From: Dehalococcoidia bacterium
Lineage (GTDB): Bacteria; Chloroflexota; Dehalococcoidia; UBA2979
Reading direction: 5' to 3'
DNA length: 64,000 nt
NCBI GenBank assembly: GCA_963667465.2
Contig: CAXXDN010000001.1
Coordinates: forward strand, 608,001-672,000
Under the pieces are notes generated by a model that did no database searches, was not told the origin of the DNA, and saw only the letters and a list, made by a program, of their open reading frames with translations. Each line of letters starts with the position of its first letter. The stretch's first letter is position 1. The translations under genes and the position numbers were made by a program. Below, in pieces: positions 19,068-28,704 of the stretch.

Positions 19068-20456
19068 CTACGGCGCGGCTCTTCGCCTCGTGGCCGCGCT
19101 GCGCACGCCGGCCGCCGTGTGGCGGCGGCTGCCTGGCTCGGCGGTCGGCACGCTGGCGCCGATCACGGTGCGGCGGAAGCGGCGGGCGAAGATCAGGATC
19201 GCGAGCGCGCCGATGATCACGAGCGTCGCGTAGACGATTTGCGCGCGCTGCACCCCGATCGCCTCGGCGATCGCGCCGCCCGCCGCCGCGCCCATCAGCA
19301 TCGTGGCGCGGTCGAAGGCGAGCAGGCCCATCAGGCGGCCTCGCATCTGGTCCGGCGCGGCGTCCAGCACCACCACCTGCACGAGCGCGAAGATGCCCGA
19401 CTGGAACAAACCAACGCCGAACACCAGCACCAGGGGCAGCACCAGCCAGGGACGTCCGAGGGCGCCCGGCACGTAGCTGCTGAGCGAGAAGGCGATCAGC
19501 AGCGCGCCCATCGCGGCCATCATCAGCGGCAGCAGCTGCCCGAGGTTGCGTGGCGAGCGCGAGGCGATGATCAGCGCCCCGGTCAGCGACCCGAGCCCCG
19601 TGATCGACATCATGATCCCGAACCCGAAGGGGCCGATGTCCAGCACCTCGAGGGCGAACAGCGCGGCGAAAAGGTGCAGGAAGGAGAGCCCGAATGCGAA
19701 GTGGATGAGCGCGAGCGAGATCGCCCCGCGGATCGCGGGTGTGCCGATCGCGTAGCGCATCGCGTCGCCGAGGCCGGCGAGCATCGCGCCCGCGCCGCTC
19801 TCCTCGGGACGGGTGTGCGTCGCCACGCGCAGCAGCGCGGTGGAGACCACCGCGCCGACGTAGATCAGGGCGATCGCGACGAACGCCCCGGTCACGCCGA
19901 TGGCAAAGATCGTGAAGCCGGCGACCGCGGTACCGAAGATGCGCATCGAGTTCTGCGTAGCGCTCAGCAACGCGATCGCGTTGGTGACGCGGTCCGCGGG
20001 CACGACGGTCGGCACCAGTGCCTGGCGTGCCGGCTGATCGAACGCCATCGTCGTTCCGCGCACCGCGGCGGCCGCGTAGATGTGCCACAACTCGAGCAGG
20101 TCGAAGATCAGCAGCGCCGCGAACACCACATTGAGCAGCAACGCCCCGTACTGCGAGAGTTGCAGTACCAGCTTGCGGTCGTACCAGTCGATCATCACCC
20201 CGGCGAGGACGCCGAAGCCGAACTGGGGCAGCGTCCGCGCCACGATCACGCCGCCGAGCTGGAGCGGCGATTCGGTCAGCTCGTAGATCAGGTAGGGGCG
20301 GGCGATCTGCTCCATCCAGAGCGCCAGCGCGTGACTGACGATCCCGAACCAGAGCAGGCGGAAGTTGCGGATCCGCAGCGAGGAGAAGACGCCCTCGCCG
20401 GAGCCGGGCGCGTCCGGGCCGGGCGCCTCCCCGTCCTCCTCGCGCACGCCAGCCAT
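19068..20456 (-). CDS. MFS transporter (DHA3/transmembrane secretion effector-like)
   Basis: RNFRLLW, GVMIDWYDRK, FDQPARQALVP, MRGRLMG; about 12 hydrophobic segments. Confidence 0.88.
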   Translation of the reverse strand: MAGVREEDGEAPGPDAPGSGEGVFSSLRIRNFRLLWFGIVSHALALWMEQIARPYLIYELTESPLQLGGVIVARTLPQFGFGVLAGVMIDWYDRKLVLQLSQYGALLLNVVFAALLIFDLLELWHIYAAAAVRGTTMAFDQPARQALVPTVVPADRVTNAIALLSATQNSMRIFGTAVAGFTIFAIGVTGAFVAIALIYVGAVVSTALLRVATHTRPEESGAGAMLAGLGDAMRYAIGTPAIRGAISLALIHFAFGLSFLHLFAALFALEVLDIGPFGFGIMMSITGLGSLTGALIIASRSPRNLGQLLPLMMAAMGALLIAFSLSSYVPGALGRPWLVLPLVLVFGVGLFQSGIFALVQVVVLDAAPDQMRGRLMGLLAFDRATMLMGAAAGGAIAEAIGVQRAQIVYATLVIIGALAILIFARRFRRTVIGASVPTAEPGSRRHTAAGVRSAATRRRAAP

Positions 20457-20638
20457 GCCCCGACGCTACCCCGGCCCGGCGGGCGAGTCTAGCGAGCGTT
20501 CGGTGTCAGAACATGTGACGCTCAGCCATGGGTCCCCGAGTCGAAGACCGTGCCACAGCGAGGCGGGAGGCGCTGGCGCTCGCACGGACTTGCATTAGCC
20601 CGCATGTTAGCTAGACTGCAAAAAGTCGGGGGATGCGA

Positions 20639-20872
20639 ATGACGACAGTCAACGTTCACGAGGCGAAGAGCAATCTGTCGCGCCTCCTTGCGCAAGTCGA
20701 GGCGGGCGAGGACGTCGTAATCGCGCGGAACGGCAAGCCGGTGGCGCGCCTGGTGGCCTGCGAGCCACCGGGCAAGCGCCAATTCGGCGCACTCCGGGGG
20801 CGAATCAAGCTCGACGATAGCTTCTTCGATCCTCTTCCCGAGGCGGAGCTCGCTGCCTGGGAGGGCACCTAG
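20639..20872 (+). CDS. Phd/YefM family antitoxin (VapB)
   Basis: MTTVNVHEAKSNLSRLL..VEAGEDVVIARNGKPVARL, FFDPLPE.EL..WEG. Confidence 0.92.
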   Translation: MTTVNVHEAKSNLSRLLAQVEAGEDVVIARNGKPVARLVACEPPGKRQFGALRGRIKLDDSFFDPLPEAELAAWEGT

Positions 20873-20875
20873 GCC

Positions 20876-21262
20876 TTGCGCCTCCTCCTCGACACCCACG
20901 CATTCATTTGGTGGTTCGAGGGCAGCGGTCGTTTGCCGCCGCCGGCTCGGGCGGCGATCTCGGACGAGTCGAACGACGTACTGGTCAGCGCTGCATCTGC
21001 TTGGGAGATCGCCACCAAGCACCGGCTCGGGCGGCTGATCGGCGTGGATACATTGGCTCTCAACATTCCCGAGTACATCGCCAGTCAGCGCTTCGAGCGG
21101 CTGTCTGTCACCGTCGAGGACGGTGTGCGCGCCGGGGCCCTCCCGGGTCCAATCCGCGACCCATTCGACCGAATGCTCATCGCACAGGCGATCAGTCGCG
21201 AGCTTGTAGTTGTCTCCAACGAGGCCTTCTTCGATAGCTACGGTGTGATGCGTCTCTGGTGA
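20876..21262 (+). CDS. vapC: VapC PIN-domain toxin
   Basis: LLLDTH, VSAASAWEI, RDPFDRMLIAQA. Confidence 0.92.
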   Translation: MRLLLDTHAFIWWFEGSGRLPPPARAAISDESNDVLVSAASAWEIATKHRLGRLIGVDTLALNIPEYIASQRFERLSVTVEDGVRAGALPGPIRDPFDRMLIAQAISRELVVVSNEAFFDSYGVMRLW

Positions 21263-21287
21263 GGTCGCAACTTGAGGTGGGTGAGTC

Positions 21288-21851
21288 TCAGCCCTCGTCG
21301 CGGAGCAGCGCCGCCAGCGCCCCGAGGTCCCCGATGCGCCGCACGCGCTCGTCGTAGGGCAGCGCGCGGTTGCGGGGCCAGTCGCGCAGGTAGGGCTGCG
21401 CCTGCGAGCGCTGCGCGAGCAGCTGGATCGTCCGCCCGTCGTCGTCGATGTGCTCGGCGGCGCCGAGCTCGGCGATCGCCTCGAGCTTGAAGTGCGGGCT
21501 GCGCAGCGGCGTCTCGTTGATCACGACGCCGTCGAGCAGCGGGGCGAAGCCGTGCCGCCGCAGCCAGCGGTCGGGAGGACTGCGGCGCCCCGTGAGCAGC
21601 AGCAGCGTGCGCAGCGCGCGCAGCTCCGCCAGCGCCTCGCGCGCGCCGGGCAGCGGCCTGCGCAGCTCGAAGCGCACGGGGTCGGCGATGCGCGAGAACC
21701 AGCGGCGCGGCACGCGCGCGACGGGCGGTGGCGCGTCGGGATCGAGGAAGGCGCGGTGGATGCCGAGGTTACGGCCGAACGGCGGCTCGCAGATCACGCC
21801 GTCCATGTCGATGGTCAGCAGCGGCAGCCCGTCGCGCAGTGTCGCCGCCAT
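21288..21851 (-). CDS. HAD-superfamily protein
   Basis: IDMDGV motif I, LTGR motif II, K, HIDDD motif IV. Confidence 0.7.
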   Translation of the reverse strand: MAATLRDGLPLLTIDMDGVICEPPFGRNLGIHRAFLDPDAPPPVARVPRRWFSRIADPVRFELRRPLPGAREALAELRALRTLLLLTGRRSPPDRWLRRHGFAPLLDGVVINETPLRSPHFKLEAIAELGAAEHIDDDGRTIQLLAQRSQAQPYLRDWPRNRALPYDERVRRIGDLGALAALLRDEG

Positions 21852-21862
21852 CGCGCTGCCGG

Positions 21863-24379
21863 TCAGACCTCGATCGGTGGTTCGGGCGGCGCCGGCGGGA
21901 TGCCCGGCGGCGGGATCTGCGCCGCACGCTCGACCGGGATCACGGCGGGTTCGCCCCCGCCGGCCGCGCCGCCGGGGAGCGCGCGCGCGTGGCGCTCGAG
22001 GGTGGCCTGCACCTTCCCGAAGACCGTATCTGGCGGGTAGCTCCCGTCCCCGCCCGGCTCGCCGGCGGGCTCGCCGGTCAGCACCTCGATGCCTTCCTCG
22101 ATTGTCTCGACGGCCCAGACGTGGAACTCGCCCCGCTCGATCGCGTCCGCCACGTCCGGGCGCAGCACCACGTTGTGGACGTTGGCCCGGGGGATCATCA
22201 CGCCCTGCGTGCCGTCCAACCCGCGCGAGCGACAGACCTCGTAGAAGCCCTCGATCTTCGCCGTCGCCCCGCCGATCGGCTGCACTTCGCCGCGCTGGTT
22301 GAGCGAGCCGGTGACGGCGATCGATTGGTCGATCGGCGCGCCGGAGAGCGAGGAGAGCAGCGCGTACAGCTCCGTCGAGGAGGCCGAGTCGCCGTCGATG
22401 TCGCCGTAGAGCTGCTCGAAGGTGAGGCTGGCGTGCAGCGCCAGCGCCTTGTCCTGCCCGAAGCGGTCCGCGAGGAAGCCGCGCAGGATCAGGAACCCCT
22501 TGTTGTGTGTGCGCCCCGCCATGTCCGTCTCGCGCTCGATGTTGACGATCGAGCCCCGCCCCGCCGAGGTGATGCAGGTGATGCGCGAGGGCCGCCCGAA
22601 GGTGATGTCGCCCAGGTTGTAGACGGAGAGGGCGTTAATCTGTCCGACCTTGTAGCCCTCCGTGTCGATGTAGATCGCGCCGTCGTCGATCAGCTGCTGC
22701 ATGCGGTCGCGGACCAGCGACGAGCGGTACTCGCGCTCCTCGAGGGCGCGGTCGACGTGCTCGTGCCACACCTCCTCCGCGCCGTCCTGCCCGGCCCAGA
22801 AGTCCGCCTGGCGGGCGATGTCGAGCAGCTCGCCCATGTTGCCGGAGAGCCGCCGCTGGTCCTCGACGCGGCGCGAGGCGTGCTCGATGACTCGCGCCGC
22901 CGCCTCGTCGCGGAAGCGGCGCATCCCGGCCAGGTGGCATTGGCGGCGGATGACCGAGGCGATCCCCAGCATGGTGTGCGTGTTGCGCTCGACGTCCACC
23001 TCGAAATCCGCCTTCACGCGGAACAGCTCGCGGAAGTCCGGGTCCAGCCGGAACAGGTAGGCGTAGGGCCCGGGGTCGCCGACGATCACGACCTTCGTCT
23101 CGATCGGGGAGGGCGCCGGGCGCAGGCCGGCGGGCGGCACGACGCCGAGCGCCTGTGCGCGTGATTCCGGCATCAGTTCGCCTGAAGAGAGCGCGCGCTT
23201 GAGGCCCTCGTAGGCCGCGGGATCCTGCAGCAGGTCGCGCATTCGCAGCATCAGGTAGCCGCCGCTCGCGCGGGCGAGCGAGCCGGGGCGGATCAGCGTG
23301 TGATCCGTGACCACCGTGCCGAACTGGCCGGCGTACTCGATGCGGCCCAGCAGGTTCGCGTAGTTGGGGTTGGGCTCGCTGATCACCGGCGCGCCGCTGC
23401 CCGGGTCGTTGCTGATGAAGACGTTGACCTCGTAGCGGCGGATCAGCGCCTCGCGCTGTTGTACCGGCCCCGGCAGGCCCGGCGGCTGCGAGGCGACCGG
23501 CTGCGCCGCGCCCTGCTGCTCGCGGAAGCGGTCGCGCTCGCTCTGCATGTCGGCGCAGACCGCCTCGATGAAACGCAGTGGCTCGGGCGCATCCTGCCAG
23601 CGCTCGCGCAGCGGCTCGAAGAGGTGTTCGATCGCGAAGCGCGCCACCTGCTCGTCAACCGCCCCGAGGCGTTCCTGCGTCTCCCGCTGCACCCCGCGCA
23701 TCGTGAGCAGCGAGTCCTGGACCAGCGGTTCCAGCTGCACGCGCGCGCGCTCCAGGATCTGCTCGCGTTGCTCCGCCGGCAGCGCAGCCAGCACCTCGTC
23801 GTTCGCCGGCTGGCCCTCGATGATCGGCGCGGAGACGACGCCGCCCGGCGTCAGCTGCAGCGCGAAGCCGAGCTGCCCGGCCTGCTGCTGCAACTCCTCG
23901 AGCATCGAGGCGCGGCGTTGCTCCTGTTCCTGCAGCACGGCGGAGCGCTGGCGGATGTAGGAATCGGCATCGAAGGCCTCGCGCAGCTCGGCGCTCGCGT
24001 GCTCCACGGCGCCGCGCATCGCCTCGGCGAAGGCGCGGCCTTCGCCGGCTGCGAGGGCGAGGCCGTCGGGGCGGTCGGGATCCTCGAAGTTGTGGACGTA
24101 GACCCAGTCCGGCGGCGCCGGGCACGTCTCCGCGTAGCGCCGCAGGTAGGACTCGACGATCGAGGACTTGCCGATGCCGTCGGGCCCGGAGGCGTAGAGG
24201 TTGTAGCCGCGGGCCTCCATACCGAGCGCGAACTCGATCGCGCGGACCGCGCGCTCCTGGCCGAACACGGCGTCCATCGCGTGGAGATCCGCCGTGCTCG
24301 CGAAGGGCAACGAGGCGGGGTCGCAGCGGGCAGTCAGCGCCTCGGCGCTTACCTCGCAGGCGTCTCGCCGCTCGCTCAT
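21863..24379 (-). CDS. Lon-like protease (LonC type, S16)
   Basis: GQERA, GPDGIGKSS, PDWVYVHNF, FKELF-like FRELFRVKADF, FEQLY..IDGDSAS (Ser), GGATAKIEGF (Lys); start approximate. Confidence 0.9.
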   Translation of the reverse strand: MSERRDACEVSAEALTARCDPASLPFASTADLHAMDAVFGQERAVRAIEFALGMEARGYNLYASGPDGIGKSSIVESYLRRYAETCPAPPDWVYVHNFEDPDRPDGLALAAGEGRAFAEAMRGAVEHASAELREAFDADSYIRQRSAVLQEQEQRRASMLEELQQQAGQLGFALQLTPGGVVSAPIIEGQPANDEVLAALPAEQREQILERARVQLEPLVQDSLLTMRGVQRETQERLGAVDEQVARFAIEHLFEPLRERWQDAPEPLRFIEAVCADMQSERDRFREQQGAAQPVASQPPGLPGPVQQREALIRRYEVNVFISNDPGSGAPVISEPNPNYANLLGRIEYAGQFGTVVTDHTLIRPGSLARASGGYLMLRMRDLLQDPAAYEGLKRALSSGELMPESRAQALGVVPPAGLRPAPSPIETKVVIVGDPGPYAYLFRLDPDFRELFRVKADFEVDVERNTHTMLGIASVIRRQCHLAGMRRFRDEAAARVIEHASRRVEDQRRLSGNMGELLDIARQADFWAGQDGAEEVWHEHVDRALEEREYRSSLVRDRMQQLIDDGAIYIDTEGYKVGQINALSVYNLGDITFGRPSRITCITSAGRGSIVNIERETDMAGRTHNKGFLILRGFLADRFGQDKALALHASLTFEQLYGDIDGDSASSTELYALLSSLSGAPIDQSIAVTGSLNQRGEVQPIGGATAKIEGFYEVCRSRGLDGTQGVMIPRANVHNVVLRPDVADAIERGEFHVWAVETIEEGIEVLTGEPAGEPGGDGSYPPDTVFGKVQATLERHARALPGGAAGGGEPAVIPVERAAQIPPPGIPPAPPEPPIEV

Positions 24380-24503
24380 CGTCTCGTCCATTCCATGAGC
24401 CCGGCGACGCCGCACGATCGCGGGGGATCGTAGCACGGCGGGAGGCCTGACCCGTGCTAGCCTTCGCGCCAGCGAGAACGACGCGGGTGGAGGGAGCCAG
24501 GCG

Positions 24504-25490
24504 ATGCGCGCTGCCGTCGTGACCGAACCGGGTGGACCGGAAGTGTTGCAGGTCGCCGAGATCGAGGATCCGGTCCCCGGACCCGACGAGGTGCTGGTCG
24601 CGGTCCACGCGAGCGCCCTCAACCGCGCCGACCTGATGCAGCGGCGTGGCGGCTACCCCGCGCCTCCGGGCATCCGCCCGGACGTGCCCGGCCTGGAGAT
24701 GGCCGGCGTCGTCGAGGCGGTGGGCGACCGCGTCCAGGCCTGGAACCCGGGCGATCGCGTGATGGCGCTGATGGGCGGCGGCGGCTACGCCGCGAAGGCG
24801 GTCGCGCACGAACGCCAGCTGATGGCGGTCCCGGAGGGCCTGAGCTTCGAGCAGGCCGCCGCGATCCCGGAGGTCTACCTCACCGCCTTCGACGCGCTGT
24901 TCGGCCACTGCGAGCTGGCGTCCGGCGAGTCCGTGCTGATCCACGCCGCCGGCTCCGGCGTCGGCACCGCCGCGGTGCAACTCGCCGCCCTCGCGGGCTG
25001 TCCCAGCTACGGCACCGCGAGCAGCGACGAGAAGCTCGCGAGCGCCGCCGGGCTCGGCCTCGACGTCGGCATCAACTACCAGCGCGAGGACTTCGCCGAG
25101 GTGATCGCGGAGCGCACGGGCGGGCGCGGCGTGAACGTGATCCTCGACGTCGTCGGGGCGCCCTACTGGGACCGCAACATCGCCTCGCTCGCCGTGCGCG
25201 GGCGCATGGTGCTGGTCGGCACGATGGGCGGCGGCAAGCTGGAGACGAACATCGGCGCGCTGATGCCGAAGCGGCTGCGCGTGCACGGCACGGTGCTGCG
25301 CGCGCGACCCCTCGAGGAGAAGCTGACCCTCAGCCAGCAGTTCGCCGCCCGCTACCTGCACCACTTCGAAACGGGCCGCCTGCGGGCGGTGATCGACCGC
25401 GTCTTCCCCCTCGATGATGCGGCGGGCGCGCACGCCTACATGGAGAGCAACGCCAACTTCGGCAAGATCATCCTCAGCGTCGAGCAGTAG
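24504..25490 (+). CDS. NAD(P)H-quinone oxidoreductase (PIG3/MDR family)
   Basis: LNRADL.QR.G.YP, PGLE, IHAAGSGVG, NFGKIIL. Confidence 0.92.
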   Translation: MRAAVVTEPGGPEVLQVAEIEDPVPGPDEVLVAVHASALNRADLMQRRGGYPAPPGIRPDVPGLEMAGVVEAVGDRVQAWNPGDRVMALMGGGGYAAKAVAHERQLMAVPEGLSFEQAAAIPEVYLTAFDALFGHCELASGESVLIHAAGSGVGTAAVQLAALAGCPSYGTASSDEKLASAAGLGLDVGINYQREDFAEVIAERTGGRGVNVILDVVGAPYWDRNIASLAVRGRMVLVGTMGGGKLETNIGALMPKRLRVHGTVLRARPLEEKLTLSQQFAARYLHHFETGRLRAVIDRVFPLDDAAGAHAYMESNANFGKIILSVEQ

Positions 25491-25499
25491 CCCTCCCGT

Positions 25500-26180
25500 C
25501 CCCTCTCCTGGGGGAGCGGGCGAAGGGAGAGGCCCCCGGCCGGACCTTCGAGGGCGCAACGTCGCTCCGCGCGCGATCCGGCCCCCTCTCCCGGGGGAGA
25601 GGGTGAGGGTGAGGGGGCGCGCCGGCCTGGCTGCTGCCTCGATGGATTGTTGCGCCGATCCGGTGCCCTCTCCCCGCGGGAGAGGGTGAGGGTGAGGGAG
25701 GAGCCGACGCGAGGCGGCGAGAGGGACCGCGGTGGCAGGCGACAACCGCAGAGACTGGGCTCGCCGGCTACGGCGGGAGACTACAGAGGCCGAGCGACTA
25801 CTCTGGGCCAGACTCCGAAACCGCCGCCTTCGGGGTGCGAAGTTCCGCAGGCAGAAGCCTATGGGTTGTACGTCGTCGACTTCGTGAGCCCGGAGCACAA
25901 CCTGATCGTCGAGCTGGACGGTGGGCAACACAGCGACCAGCAGGGCTACGACGACAGAAGAACGCGGTGGCTGGAGTCCCGAGGATTCACACTTCTGAGG
26001 TTCTGGAATAGCGATGTTCTCGCCAGCCTGGACCTGGTACTCGATGCGATCTGGGTGGAGGTTGAGAAGCGATCCCCGGACGCTCCCTCACCCTAGCCCT
26101 CTCCCGCGGGGAGAGGGCACCGGAAGTAGCCCCGCCGTGCGTACGCCTCCCTCACCCTGGCCCTCTCAGGAGGGCAGAGC
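25500..26180. repeat. Cluster of CCCTCTCCC..GGGAGAGGG..AGGGTGAGG (BoxC-like) repeats around the DUF559 gene (family 1)
   Basis: Copies at about 25500-25532 (degenerate), 25582-25616, 25666-25698, then inverted at 26085-26117 and about 26149-26179 (degenerate). Confidence 0.85.
25732..26096 (+). pseudogene. DUF559 (Vsr-like) endonuclease, one-base frameshift near 25864
   Basis: Frame A: WARRLRRETTEAERLLWARLRNRRLRGAKFRRQKPMG; frame B: LYVVDF...LIVELDGGQH...YD.RRTRWLESRGF..LRFWN.DV. Confidence 0.85.
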
Positions 26181-26184
26181 GCCG

Positions 26185-26385
26185 TTAGGCGTACTTGTCC
26201 GGGTCCGCCATGAAGCGCACGCGCGAGTCCAGGCTGGCGAAGTAGTACCACTGGCCGTTGTAGAAGTACTTCGTGCCCTTGTCCGGGTCCGACTGACCGG
26301 CCCCGGAGGCGGTCTCGCTGACCGCGCGGTTTACCTCGTCCGTGTCGACCTCTTCGCCCGAGACCGGATCCAGCACCTTCGCCAT
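26185..26385 (-). CDS. Small YHS-like domain protein
   Basis: DPVSG..V...YNGQWYYFAS...RFMADPDKY; RBS GGAGG. Confidence 0.75.
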   Translation of the reverse strand: MAKVLDPVSGEEVDTDEVNRAVSETASGAGQSDPDKGTKYFYNGQWYYFASLDSRVRFMADPDKYA

Positions 26386-26413
26386 GGTTCGCCCTCCGCG
26401 TTCGTTCCGGTGA

Positions 26414-27493
26414 CTAGTTGAAGACCGCCGCCGCCACCGCGCCGAGCGACTCGCGAGGGTCGCCCCAGCGCAGCGATGCTTCCTTGCCGCGGCGCGTGTG
26501 GAACTGCAGGTCGTACTCCGCCATGAAGCCGACGCCGCCGTGCAGCACGTGCCCCCAGTTGGTGGCGTCCACCACCGAGCGTGAGACCACCGACTTCACC
26601 TTCGCGGCGTGCAGCGCGTCCAGCTCACCCTGGTCCAGCTTGTAGAGCTGCTCGTAGGCGAGGAAGCGCGAGGCGGTGACGCCGACCGCGGCGTCCGCGA
26701 CGCGGCCCTGCACCGCCTCGAATGTCCCGATTGGCCGCCCGAAGGCGACGCGCACCTGGACATAGCTGACGGTCATGTCGAGCGCCTTCTGTGCGTGCGC
26801 GTAGCACTCCAGCGAGGAGATCGCCGAGCCCAGCACGCGCAGGTAATTGACGGCGTCGGCGCCGCCGATCCAGCCCTCGACGCTCGCGCCGTCATAGGTC
26901 GCCTCGACCTGAGGGGTAAGCCCGATGCCGGTCAGCGAGCGCGTGGTGACGCCCGGCTGGTCCCGCGCCACGAGGGCGAGCCCGGGCTCACCCTCGCGCG
27001 TCGCGGCCACCAGGTGGAGGTCGCTCGTCGCGCCGAACTCCACGTAGCGCTTCGAGCCGCTCAGCGTCGCGCCGTCCGTCGTCGTTGCGATCTCGCCGTA
27101 GGGTCCACCGTTGCCCTCGACCAGCGCCGGGGCGCAGGTCGCGCCGGCGACGATGCGCGGCAGCAGCGAGGCCTGCAGCGCCGCGTCGCCGTGGCGCTGC
27201 ACCGTGGCCGCCGCCAGCATCGTCTGCTGGTACGGCGAGAGCAGGGCGTGGCGGCAGAGTTGCTCGATCAGCACACCGAGGTCGACGAGCTCCGCGCCCT
27301 GTCCGCCGTGCTCCTCGGCGATCGGCAGGCCGGTCCAGCCCAGCTCCACCAGCTGGCTCCACAGCTCCTCGTCGGGCTCGCCCGCCCACTCGATCTGACG
27401 CATCCGCGAGGCGGGCGCCTCGCGCTCGAGGAAGTCGTCCGCGCTGTCGCGGATCAGCTCCTGCAGGTCGCTCAGCCGGAGGTCCATTGCCAT
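26414..27493 (-). CDS. Acyl-CoA dehydrogenase, short partner subunit
   Basis: ELGWTGLPIAEEHGGQG, RVAFGRPIGTFEAV, HGGVGF. Confidence 0.88.
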   Translation of the reverse strand: MAMDLRLSDLQELIRDSADDFLEREAPASRMRQIEWAGEPDEELWSQLVELGWTGLPIAEEHGGQGAELVDLGVLIEQLCRHALLSPYQQTMLAAATVQRHGDAALQASLLPRIVAGATCAPALVEGNGGPYGEIATTTDGATLSGSKRYVEFGATSDLHLVAATREGEPGLALVARDQPGVTTRSLTGIGLTPQVEATYDGASVEGWIGGADAVNYLRVLGSAISSLECYAHAQKALDMTVSYVQVRVAFGRPIGTFEAVQGRVADAAVGVTASRFLAYEQLYKLDQGELDALHAAKVKSVVSRSVVDATNWGHVLHGGVGFMAEYDLQFHTRRGKEASLRWGDPRESLGAVAAAVFN

Positions 27494-27504
27494 CGTGAAA
27501 CCTC

Positions 27505-28704
27505 CTAGCCTCTCGGCAGCCCGAGGCCGCGCGACGCGATGATGCGGCGCAGCACGTCGTTGGTGCCTCCGGCGAAGCGATGCACGGAGGAGCCGCGGTA
27601 GTTCTCCTCGAGCTTGCCGCCGGCCGGCGCGTCCTCGTTCTCGCGGCGCAGGCCGCCCTCGGGACCGAGCAGGTCGAGGGCGAGGCTGTCCATGCGGTAG
27701 CGCGCCTCGGAGCCCCAGACCTTGACCATCGCGCCTTCCATCGTGGGGGTGATGCCGTTCTGCACCATGATCGCGTTGGTCATCGCGAGCGCGCGCGAGA
27801 CCTCGCTGTCGACGGTCGCCTCGGCCAGCCTGGTGCGCACGACGATGTCGTCCTTCAGCTCCGGACGGTTGTCCTCGATGTGCTGCACGAGGGCGTCGAC
27901 GCGGCGCTGGTAGAGGCTTTGCGGCTCGATCATCACGCGTTCGAGGTCGAGCGCGTTGGTCATGTAGTACCAGCCGCGGTTGAGCTCGCCGAAGAGCGCG
28001 TCGGCGGGCAGCCTGACGTTATCGAAGAAGGTCTCGCTGGTGATGATCCGCCCCATCGTGCCCATCGGCCGGACGGTGATGCCGGGCAGGTTGGTGGGGA
28101 AGATGAAGACGGAGATACCCTGGTGCTTGGGGGCGTCGGGGTCCGTGCGGGCGGCCAGCCAGCCGTGCGTGGCCCCGCCGAAGCCGCCGTAGATCTTCTG
28201 CCCGTTGATCACCCACTCATCGCCGTCGCGGGTGGCCCTCGTCTGTAGCGAGGCGAGGTCGGTCCCGGCGTTCGGCTCGGTGTAGCCGAGCGCGAAGGTC
28301 ATGTCGCCGCTGACGATCTCGGGCAGCCACTCGCGCTTCTGCTCCTCCGTGCCGAAGCGCATGATCGTACGCCCCACGGAGCCGACGCTGAGGTGATCCT
28401 GCGGGATGCCGAGGTACCACAGCTCCTCGGCGAGGAGGAAGGCGTGGAGGGCGTCCTTGCCCTGGCCGCCGTACTCCACCGGCCAGCCCATGTTGGTGTA
28501 GCCGGCCTCGTTCATCGCCTTGCGGAAGGCGCGCAATTCGGGGCCGCGGCCTTCGCCGAACTCGCCTTCGCCGGCCTCGCGTGCCAGGCCGTCGCGCTCC
28601 GCCTCGCGCAGCTCCTCGAACAGCGCGGGCGTGGCGTGTTCGTCCAGAAAATCCCGCACCTGCTGGCGGAATGCCGCGTGCTCCTCGGTCCAGCCGTACT
28701 CCAT
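27505..28704 (-). CDS. Acyl-CoA dehydrogenase (ChsE/FadE26-like catalytic subunit)
   Basis: WPVEYGG, GYTEPNAGTDLASL, INGQKI, LDLER, AGGTNDV. Confidence 0.9.
   Translation of the reverse strand: MEYGWTEEHAAFRQQVRDFLDEHATPALFEELREAERDGLAREAGEGEFGEGRGPELRAFRKAMNEAGYTNMGWPVEYGGQGKDALHAFLLAEELWYLGIPQDHLSVGSVGRTIMRFGTEEQKREWLPEIVSGDMTFALGYTEPNAGTDLASLQTRATRDGDEWVINGQKIYGGFGGATHGWLAARTDPDAPKHQGISVFIFPTNLPGITVRPMGTMGRIITSETFFDNVRLPADALFGELNRGWYYMTNALDLERVMIEPQSLYQRRVDALVQHIEDNRPELKDDIVVRTRLAEATVDSEVSRALAMTNAIMVQNGITPTMEGAMVKVWGSEARYRMDSLALDLLGPEGGLRRENEDAPAGGKLEENYRGSSVHRFAGGTNDVLRRIIASRGLGLPRG

Noticed and set aside
20633-21262. vapBC as part of a mobile element
   Set aside because: Lower GC suggests horizontal origin, but no transposase, integrase or flanking repeats are visible; an ordinary TA pair
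21863-24379. Lon protease lacking a Walker B motif as a novelty
   Set aside because: This is typical of the known LonC subfamily
25647-26096. 149-aa ORF-track protein as an intact DUF559
   Set aside because: Its N-terminal half is translated repeat and off-frame sequence; the true N-terminus is in another frame from 25732
25500-26180. Repeat clusters here and at 61027-61530 as CRISPR arrays
   Set aside because: Copies are degenerate, inverted and irregularly spaced; no cas genes in the window
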